This document shows, piece by piece, positions 51,626-61,584 of a DNA stretch of 64,000 nt. The position numbers were made by a program, and so were the translations under genes. The stretch covers positions 1 through 64,000 of the forward strand of contig CDMY01000473.1 in the NCBI GenBank assembly GCA_001179505.1. Reading direction: 5' to 3'. This DNA comes from Vitrella brassicaformis CCMP3155 (Eukaryota > Protista > Chromerida). Positions within the stretch are counted from its first letter, which is position 1. The number at the start of each line of letters is the position of its first letter. The notes under the pieces are model-generated. The model ran no database searches and was not told the origin of the DNA. It saw nothing but the letters and a program-made list of their open reading frames with translations.

Positions 51626-51927
51626 CGTTGTCGAAGACCTTTCCCATTGCAGCGCCGTCGCCTGCAGACGTATCCCATTGTCTTCGCCGGTCGCGGGTTC
51701 ACGGCGACGTATCCGTGGAAGCCGGCGACATTTTCAGATCGGCCCCGCCGTGGCTCGCGCCTGCAAGCCAAGCTCGCACGGAGGCTTTTCCCCATCTCCG
51801 CCACACCTGTCAGCATCGCCACCCCACTCCGCACCCGGCGGATCTTCCCTCCCCAACCTCAAAGTAGCATTTCTCGTCGTTCGGGCGTCTCGCGGGCTGC
51901 CGCCCGTCCACCTCTTGCGGGAACAAG

Positions 51928-54900
51928 ATGATGACGCCACGTGAGTTTCGGGATCTACTGGAGCTCAGAGGCCTCGTTCACGCGCCAGCGGTGAGAATCA
52001 GTGGCAAGAACCTGCGCGAGAAGATCCTCCGGCTGCGGAGATCAGCGTCAGGGGGGGTGCAGAGAGGTGAGCTGGCCTGTGCCACCCTGCCCGACGACCT
52101 CTGGGTGTGGCGGGACGTCGAGAGGGCCCTGGACAGGTCGGATCCTCTGTGCCAGGTGCGCGTCGTTCAGCTGCCGTTGGCACAGCCGACGGAGGAGGAG
52201 GACCTGATTGCGGTGTATGGCGGGCGAGAGGCCATCCCGAGGAGTCACAGGGTACGCAGTGATGGGATGCATGCAGCCGCATGTGTGTGGTGCGCACACA
52301 CTCGGGTGTTGTGATGCGTCTGTGGGTGTGTTAGATAGAGTGTGCGGTTGCACAACAACAACCTCACCTGTGTGTTGTGTTGTGTTGTGTGTGCAGGTGC
52401 CAGTGGTGCTCGGTCAGCTGTGCGGGCAGCTCCGTCACGGCAAGGCCACCCCACCAAAGGACGTGTTTGTGCTGCACAAACCCATCAACAACCGCGGCGC
52501 CGTATGGCTGGACTGCTCTGACCGCCGCAATGAGGTCTACTACGTCAGGCAAGGCCGTGGGTGGGACGTCAATGCTCGATTCCACCTGGTAGGTTGGCTG
52601 TGGGTGAGATTGTGACGGTGTTGTGTGTGCACGTGTGTGTGGTGTGTGGTGTGTGGTTTCGATGCACTCAGGTTGAGGAGGTTGGTGTGGGCATCCCTGC
52701 AGTCGTCCTGACAAGCATGCCGGGCAGGCCGATCCAGCCAGGGGTGCGCCTTAGCCACACCACACACGCCCTCGCCTCCCCACGCGCACACACACGTGTG
52801 TGGTGTGTTGGCTGCGTTGGTTGTGTGTGTCAGGACCCCCTGGTTGTGGCGGATGACCACCTGTGGTTCGCACAGGGGACAGGGGGCAGCAGCGACCTCG
52901 CCGAGCACATCCCCACACACATCACCCAACACATGCCCCTCGCCCCCCACATCGGCGGAACACCAGCCCCAGGTGTGTGAAGTGATGCCATGTGGCATCA
53001 CCACACGCAGCACCATGCCTGTGTGTCGTCGCGTGCATTCCACTGCAGACAATGTCATCAAGAGCTCGTTGTGTGTGAGAGAGGATGCGGCTGTGACTGA
53101 GGCGGTGTGTGGCGATGGTGACGGTGAGGGTGAGAGTGCGGAGCCGTCTCCTGCTGTCGACCAACTCATGGGCGACCCCACACTCTACAAGGACGAGGGC
53201 AGCAAGCCGACGGTGAGCAAAAGACTTAAGAAGACACATCCACACACACACACACACACACTCGCGCGCGACTCGTCGACTCAGGCTGAGCTTGTGGGTG
53301 TGTCGGCGAGTGTGACTGTGCCCTCCAGCGAGGAGCCCACAAGAGACGACCACCGTGACGGAGGAGGAGGCGGCGCTAACAGCCCCCTGACTGAGGACGG
53401 CCCAGCCTCCGACCGCTGCTCAGACTCACCCGACGACAATCGCCTGATGGACCAGTACATCCAGGAAATCGGTGCTGTCGCTCTCTGCCAGGAGAATGAC
53501 CCACCAAAGGAGGAGGCCGGCAGCAGCAGCAGCGGTCTCTTCGCCACGACAGCTGCCATCGACGAGTCGTTCCGCAGGGGAGATGGCGTGTTCGTCTTCC
53601 GCGGCGCCACACCCACACCCACACCCACCACCACAGCCAGCACGACCCCCACGTCAGCCCCGAAGATGGTGGAAGGCCCGTTCGGTCCCCGCCCGGCTCG
53701 CGAGCAGCCTGTCGACGTCGGGAACCCCCGGTCGTCTCGCTACCTCAAAACCGATGCCACCTTCCAGCGCCACTCGCTGCAGCCGTCCTCCTGTCTGGTC
53801 TGCTGGGACGACTCTAACAACGTGCCCTTCGCGCGTGTGGACCTTCCCGACGGCTATGGTGTGTGGGATTGCGACATATTCCGCGATGGCCGGGTGGGCG
53901 AGCGGCGCGGTTACGTGACGACGGTGCGGCTGCTGGTGCACCTGGCCTCCCTGGAGGCGATTTACCCTTCCGACACGCTCATCGTCCGTCGGGAGAAGCT
54001 GCTCAAGGCCTCCTATCACGTGCGCAACAACAAGCTCACGAGCCCGGTGAAAGTGACCGAGAGCTACTTCACCCTCGCTGCCACCACAGCAACCAGACGC
54101 ATCAGCAGCGGCACCATCAATGACAACGCCCCCTATGTGCCATTCTCCGACTGGGCGAACGTGTGGACGTGCGCCAGCCCGGCAGCTGACAGCTTCTACC
54201 CCGCCACGGTCGCTGAGGACCCCTCTGGCCCTTTGCCACAGCCTGTGTGTGTGCCGCTTGTCGCTGAGGGGCTGTCTGCTTTGGCGCTGAATGACGGGGG
54301 AGCGGAACTGCCGGCAGATGGCGACACACCAGGTCTGCTGCCGATACCCAAGGACCACCCCATTGCCACAGCGCCGATCCGCGCCAGAACGGTGCACACG
54401 CTCGACACAAATTGCACATCAGGAAAGCGTCACTGCTTGTTTGTCTGTCTGTCTGTCCGTCTGTCAGCCGCCGCAGTGCACCTGTTGGCCGAGCTCCCTG
54501 CAGCCGTCCCTCTTCAAGACCGACCCAGAGCACCCCCTGCCCCCCGTCAAGCGCCACTTCACCATGTACACCCTCTCCTTCACCCTCGCATCGCCCCACC
54601 CCAAAGACATGTGGCTGCGCGCCAACACGCGGCTGCCCCTGGCCGTGATGCTCCCGTGGGCCATCAAGGACACCCCAGAGGGCGTTGAGGGCCTCGTGAA
54701 AGTCCCGGCTTACTGCCCGTGGAACAACGCTGGCATGTGTGTGGAGGTGAGGGAGCAGCGGCAGGGGAGGATCGAGCTGACGATGGACCAGATGAAGGCA
54801 TTGCACGTAAGCAACAAACAGGGGACAGGGGACAGGGGGAGGGAGGGAGGGAGGGTGGGGGGCATCCATCCATCCATCCATCCATGTGTGTGGATTGCAG

Positions 54901-57900
54901 GATTGGCTAATCCGCATGTCTGAGATGATCGACATGCGGACCTTCAGCGACTGGTCCAAGTGGGTGCCGGGCGACATGACCGGCAACATCCCCCGGGACG
55001 CCCTCCTCCCCCCCTGTGTCTTCGTCGCCCCCCTCGTCGCCAACCAAGACACACACTCACCTGACCAACCTGACCACCACCACCTCGACCACACCCTCCC
55101 TGCCATCGATTGGGAGCTCGTGCACGCCAGCCTTCACTACATCCACACGTAAGCACACACACACACGCACACACACACGACACGGCATACACACGTGTGG
55201 ATGCCTTTGCTCGCTCGTGTGTGTGGGTGTTTATGTGGTGCAGGTACCCCCCTGGCGAGAAAGTGTCGCTGGTGGCTAGCCGCGCGCACCTCGAGCACAT
55301 GACGGGACGGCGGGAGCGGCCCCCTTACGCCACCGACCATCCTGCAGTCGACCGCGTGATGGCGGCACTCCGCAGCCGTGGGGAGCAGCCCGTGCTGATC
55401 TCGCTCATGAGCGACGATGAGACCCGCCAGTACCGATGGCTCACGTAAGCATGCCCATCTACCCACCCGACCGCCCAGATGGAGCACGTTGAGTGTGTGT
55501 GTGTGTGTGTGGGTGTGTCAGGTTGACGGACGTCATGTGGGACACGGCGTCGAGTGAGGTCCAGGTGGAGGCAGAGGCACAGGGGGAGGGAGAGGGAGAG
55601 GGGGAGACCATGACCATCTCGCTGCGGGATCACCTCTTGAAGCACGACATCTGGTGCGAGAGCACACACAGGCAGTGTGTCCCGTCCATTGGTGCCCATT
55701 TCTGTGCGTGTGTGGCTACATGCCATGCAGCACTGATGTCGAGTGCCCGCTCGACGGCGCCAACTTCGTCGTGCACGCCAACTTCCTCAGAGGGGTGCCT
55801 ACCGCACACACACACACACACACATCAATGCCGGCCAGCTAAGCTACATGTGTTTGTGTGTGTGTGTGTGTGTGTGGCCGGTGTGTTCGGTGTCATCCAT
55901 CCCATCAGGGCGGCCGCAACATCCTGGCAGAGGAGCTGCGCATCCCCGACATGTCTGTCCGTCTGGCCGACACCCTCCACCCCCCCGAGAGCATGCTCAT
56001 CATGCCCATCTCGCCGCAAGTGGTGCGTGTCACACACGCACCCNNNNNNNNNNNNNNNNNNNNNNNNNNNNNNNNNNNNNNNNNNNNNNNNNNNNNNNNN
56101 NNNNNNNNNNNNNNNNNNNNNNNNNNNNNNNNNNNNNNNNNNNNNNNNNNNNNNNNNNNNNNNNNNNNNNNNNNNNNNNNNNNNNNNNNNNNNNNNNNNN
56201 NNNNNNNNNNNNNNNNNNNNNNNNNNNNNNNNNNNNNNNNNNNNNNNNNNNNNNNNNNNNNNNNNNNNNNNNNNNNNNNNNNNNNNNNNNNNNNNNNNNN
56301 NNNNNNNNNNNNNNNNNNNNNNNNNNNNNNNNNNNNNNNNNNNCCCCTCACACAGAAAATCGTCATGTGTGTCGTGTGTGCCGTGTGTGTGGTGTCAGTT
56401 TGAGTGCCTGACGTGGGTGGCGGGCATCCTCTTCCACATGGAGACCCACGCGCGATGTATCGAGGTGCACTCCAAGCTCCTCCGCGACATGAACAATCAC
56501 CTGGAGGACCGATGCCCAGCCGCAGCGGCAGCCCCACCCGTCAAGCTGCGATTCGACCTGCTTCAGGAGGCCCTCACCGCACCGTCCACCCACTCAAGGG
56601 CGGGGGGCGATGCTGCTGGTGGTGATGGTGGGGACGACCAGCAGTGGGGCGTTTCATCGGACTATCAGGCAACTCCCCCCCACCCCCCACCCGCCGCCCC
56701 ACATCATCTCTCTCCTCTCCCTGGTTGTGTGTGTGGTTGGCATGGCATGGCAGAGGTTAGAGTGGTTCGGCGACATCGTGCTCAAGTTCGCGGCAGCGTA
56801 CGGCGCTTTCCATCGGCTGGACGGCACCGGCCGCAACGGCACGCAGAAGGAGATGACGGTCCTGGCCAGCCAGATCAAGACCAACGAGCACCTCAAGGCT
56901 CGCACTGACGCCATCGGACTAGGAAGCGCCCTCGTCTCACAGCCTTTCCACAAGGTAGGTAAGAAAGAAGGAGCCCTCTCCCCCTCCCTCTCCATCGAGC
57001 GTGTGCGTGCGGTGTGCAGCGTCGCCCATTGGAGGAATCCCGCCTGTGCAAGGGCAAGGCCGTCGCGCAGCGCTCCCAGGTGCTGGAGGAGCAAAGCTGG
57101 CGCAAGCACAAGACCACCGCCGACGTGATGGAGAGCGTCCTGGGCGCCGTGTACCTCTCAAATGTCCCCGACGGCGAGCGCGAGGGCAGCACGTGTGTGG
57201 ACACGCACCGAGGGCTGCTCGCGGCGTTCACCTTCATTGACGCCTTTATCTCGCCGGGCTCGGCGTTCCCCTGTCTGCTTGACATGTTTCCCGAGGCGCG
57301 TGTGGCCGTGCTGAAGCATTGTCAGCCGGAGCAGCCGATTGAGCAGCTGTGGGGGTGGACCTTCCGGAGAAAGGGGCTGCTGCACAGAGCCGGCAATGAG
57401 CACTCGTGTGTTCAGGTGGGCACACACACATACCCATGCACAGGGAGGGAGGGAGAGGGTGAGAGGGGAGGACGATTGCATATCGCTCTCTGTGCAGATC
57501 GGCGTGAGTGAGACGAATGAGACTCTGGAGTTCCTCGGCGACGCTGTGATGGAGCTCTGCATGGCCCACTACCTATTCTTCAGGAAGACCCTCCCAATGC
57601 CACTCAACACACCGACCCCTGCCCCAACGGACACAGACACCGACCTGCAGCAGCAGCAGCAGCAGGCGTTCATCAACCAGCCCACAGGCGCCCTCCCAGA
57701 CGAGAAGCAGCTGACGGCCGTCAAGCAGGCTCTCGTCAACAACGACACTCTCTCCCGCAAGTTCCTGGACCGCATCATCGAGGCAAAGAGGAGCGTGGGC
57801 GGCGTGTCCATCGGCGACGTGCTGCGGGTGGGCGATGAGCACCAGCGGGCCATCCTCGACGACTGCCAGAACCGCTATCAGCGGTTGGGGTGGGAGGGGG

Positions 57901-59721
57901 TCAAGAGCCACTCGTCGGCGAGGAAGACTGTCGCTGATTTCTACGAGGCCTTGGTGGGGGCGACTTACCTGGACTGCTTCTCGCTTGAGGTGAGGGTGAG
58001 GGTGAGGGCACGACACACAGGCAGTGGATCGATCTGCTTGTGTGTGGGGCGTGCGTGATTGGGGCGATGTGCAGGAGGTGTGGCGTGTGATTCAGAAGGA
58101 CTTGACTGTCGAGAGTTTGCCGATTGAGGACCCACCTGAAGAAGGGGAAGACGCCAAGGAGGTGGGCACACCGCCCCTGTAGACACACACACAGAGGCCT
58201 CGTGAATGTTTGTCTGTCTGTCTGTCTGTCGTTCTGTCAGCCGTCTGCACCGGTCGCCAAGAAAGCCCCCACGCCATCAGCCATAAGCAGCAACACAAAC
58301 ACAGCAGCACGGCCAACGGTGAGTCTGAGTGACCCGCGCAGCACACACGCCAGCCGACAGCCGACAAGCGATGCGTGTGCCTCCCTCCCCTGCTGTCAGG
58401 CCACTGCCAATGTGACGACAGCAGCAGCCATAGCATCATCACCCACTGCAGCAGCAGAAGGAGGGGCAGCAGCTGCTCCAGCCCCCGGCCTCTCTGCCGG
58501 TGCTGGCCCCTTCCTGCCCGCCTACGCCTTCCACACCGGTACACACAAGACACAAGACATGTTGCCATCATGCAATGCATTCATCGTGTGGGTATGTCTG
58601 CCTGCAGATCTACCCGAGGGCGCCTTCTCCTACGCCTCGCCGTCTCTGCTGTTCCGCCCGCACAGAGGCCCCCAGATGCTGCTCGGCTACCGTCAGGAGG
58701 TGGTGGTGGTGCGCTCAGAAAACAAGGGTGACCAGCCCTTCGCTCCCTACTTCCGCGTGTGGGACTATGACCACTACAAGAAGGTGACGACACACAGATG
58801 GATGAAGCGATGCACACACACACACGCACACACACACACATGTGACACGTCTATGTGTGTGGGTGTCGTCGGTGGGTGATAGGACAACCTTGACGACCCC
58901 AACGCGTACCTTGGCACCTGGCGGCTGCTGCTCAACCTGACGGACCTGGAGAAGGCGCCACTGCTGCCCACGGACACACTCCGAGAGAGGCGCAAGAAAC
59001 TCGCCGCCGCGTCGTAAGCATGACCCCACCGACCAAACACACCTACACCCACCCTGCAGCTTCATCCGAATGTGTGTGTGGTGCCTGCAGGTATTACGTC
59101 CTCACCGGGTCTCGGTCGGTCCCCCACCCCTGTGTGGACCTCGCCAACCTCAACACAGAGGGCCCCTCCGTGGGGCCATACATTCCCTTTCACCTCTGGG
59201 ACGCCTCAGGCGAGACAGCCGACGAGTACTACGCCTCGTATCTGGCCTCGCCGATGCCCCACCTCCCCTGCCCAATCGACAGGGACCCCACACTGCTGTC
59301 GCGCTATGTCAACGACCCCATTTTCGCCAAGCAGGCTGACGGGCGGGGCATCGACGAGAAGGCCGCTGAGCAGCGCGTCTTTGCCTGCCCTGAGAAGATG
59401 GTCTCCCTCAAGCGTCAGGTGGTGCGTGGCGGGGGTGCTGGTGGTGGTGGTGGTGGTGGGTCGGCAGCCGAGCAGCAGCAGCTGTCGATGGTCAATAGTG
59501 CGGATCTCGCCATAGTGTCACGGCGTCACGTGTACCCCTTCACCGAGTCGTTCCCCGCCGCGCCGTTCGATGTCGTGTGCTCGCCGCCGGGCAGCCCGCG
59601 AGAGGGTGGCGATGTGGGGCGTTTTCAGCTCCACGAGGGAGGCGGTGTGTGTGTGGATGGGTTCTGGTGGATGGACCGCAGGGGCATGTGTGGCATCAAG
59701 GGGGGAGAGGAGGACGACTGA
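51928..59721 (+). CDS. DCL: Dicer-like RNase III: unknown N-terminus, DUF283-like, platform, PAZ-like, connector, RNase IIIa, RNase IIIb, linker, extra C-terminal domain
   Basis: IIIa DYQ|RLEWFGDIVLK and KTTADVMESVLGAVYL; IIIb NETLEFLGDAVMEL and KTVADFYEALVGATYLD; platform FTMYTLSF..IELTMDQMKALH|DWL and AIDWELV; connector PESMLIMPISPQVFECLTWVAGILFHME. Splice phases are continuous at the junctions checked, including all of those from IIIb to the stop. Confidence 0.9.
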
Positions 59722-60276
59722 CGTGTGACGATTGATTGATGAGTGGCGACTGATGGGTGAGTGGGGCATGTTTCTGGTGATTGATTGTTTCTGCTCGTTC
59801 GTGTGTTCGGGTCTTCGTGTGTTCGTTCGTGTGTATACCTCAATATATACGTCGGTTTTCCGATTTCAGATTTAAGGCGAGATGGAGGGCTCTTTGCCGC
59901 CTCGCCTTTGTCCCGTTTTTCTCTCTTCTTCCTTATGTACATACACACACTATTTGTCTCCTGGATGATGGGTGGGTGGATGGATGGATACATTGAAGGG
60001 TGGATGCATTCGCTTCTCGGCTCCCTGAAATGCCTGACGTGTGGCGGTCTGATTGGCAGAATACCCTGCTATTTGGGTACCCTGCCATTCAGACAACAAA
60101 AGTACAGGTATGTCAGACGAGAGCGAGAAGCGAGGCATCATGGCTGGCAGGGCGGGTGTGTGTGGGTGGGTGGGTGGGTGAGTGGATTGGATCATGCTTG
60201 GACGAAGGGCATTCTTGTGCCACCTCTCTTTCTGTCTGTAAACATATCACGGTGAGACCTTGATTGGTGTGACAGC

Positions 60277-60413
60277 GCGTGTGCGCGTGTTGTGCAGTGT
60301 AAGATTGTGCTTCTGTCGATGGGAAGGCGGCTGTCCTGGTCGGTGAGACGCCCAGAACAGCGACCTTCCCGACGGCGGTGCGCGGACCTACACGCACCAA
60401 CACATGCACACGC
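60277..60413. ncRNA. Long imperfect fold-back hairpin, copy 1 (pre-miRNA-like candidate)
   Basis: Hand-paired: GCGTGTGC/GCACACGC, GTGTTG/CAACAC, GTGTA/TACAC, GGGAAGG/CCTTCCC, GCTGT/ACAGC and CTGG/CCAG around a ~12-nt loop. Confidence 0.45.
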
Positions 60414-61284
60414 TATTTGTCTCCCGGACGATCCATACTATACATACGACGACTGTTTTGTGTTGCGGATTGCAATCATCGGATCTTGTCTGACAAACCT
60501 GACATCCGGCGGTCTGATTGACAAGGTATCCTTGCTGATGGATGCATTTGCTTCTCTGACGATTGATGGGTGGGTGGATATGGGAGGGTGGGTGGTCTCG
60601 GGGCATGCACGGGGCACGCTTTTGGTGGTTGGCTTTGTGTCGCGTGTGTTTACATGATATGTATACATATATACATACACACACCCTTACATATATACAT
60701 ACACACATACATATACATATCTCATATATATACATACATGCTAGTGCAGGCGATTGATTCTATACATATACCTCGGTTTTCCGATTTCCGATTTCAGGCG
60801 TGGTGGGACGGGACGGCCTCTCCCACCTCGCGTCGCCTGCCTTTTGTCCCCTTTCTCCTCCTTCCTATATGCGTTTCGTGTACATACATACGTTATTTGT
60901 CTCTCTCAACTGCGGCACGCGCGCACACATGGATGGATGGATGGATGGTAAGGAAAGGGAGAAAGATCGATTTGCCTTACAGCTTGGCACTGAAAATCAT
61001 TCGCTTCTCGGATTCTGCCTGAAAGGCCTGACGTCTGGCGGCCTGATTGGCAAGGTATCCTCTTATTCGGATGCGATGCCAGTTTCGTCGTTGTATATCA
61101 GGCCCGTCAGTCAAATGGGAGTGCGAAGCAAAGCATCATGGCTGGCAGGGCGTGTGTGGGTGGCTTTGATTCCTCGGACAAGGGACGTGCGACAGATGAT
61201 ATATCTTGTGCCCTCTCTCTCTCTCTCTCTCTCTCCCTGTCTGTAAACATATCACGGTGAGACCTTGATTGATGTGAGAGTGTG

Positions 61285-61412
61285 TGTGCGCGTGTTGTGC
61301 GGTGTAAGATTGTCCCGGCGACGGAAAGGCGGCTGTCCTGGTCGGTGAGACGCCCAGAACAGCCACCTTCCCGACGGCGGTGCGCAGACCTACACGCACC
61401 GACACATGCACA
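61285..61412. ncRNA. Long imperfect fold-back hairpin, copy 2
   Basis: Same fold as copy 1. An A-to-G change at 61401 keeps pairing as G-U, and C61364 adds a G-C pair. Confidence 0.4.
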
Positions 61413-61584
61413 ATGAGGGTTCGGTCACTGACAAGGCTTTGGCCAATGGACAATATGTCTGATTGATTCGTCGAAAAAACGGTTAACGTCAGTGACATGT
61501 TTGTATGTACACATTTCGCAATCACATAGATAAACAGAACAAACCCGGCGGCACCACACACAGTCCCTCCTGTGCTATGCTATG

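Larger units (their letters stand above)
59845..61412. repeat. Diverged direct duplication (~59845-60413 and ~60770-61412, partial third copy ~60413-60560) with highly conserved blocks
   Basis: Shared blocks cggttttccgattt, cattcgcttctcgg..cctgacgt.tggcgg.ctgattggca, catcatggctggcagggcg and aacatatcacggtgagaccttgatt, plus a 38-nt identical core (60324-60361 = 61326-61363). Confidence 0.9.

Noticed and set aside
51241-51867. 208-aa plus-strand ORF upstream of Dicer as a missing helicase exon
   Set aside because: No helicase motifs and low complexity; it overlaps a better-supported spliced minus-strand model.
58240-58540. dsRBD after RNase IIIb
   Set aside because: The segment is Ala/Ser/Pro/Thr-rich linker with no alpha-beta-beta-beta-alpha signature.
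60277-61412. Hairpins as SECIS elements (they lie next to eEFSec)
   Set aside because: No AUGA/GA quartet or apical AA in SECIS geometry on either strand, and eEFSec itself has no in-frame TGA.
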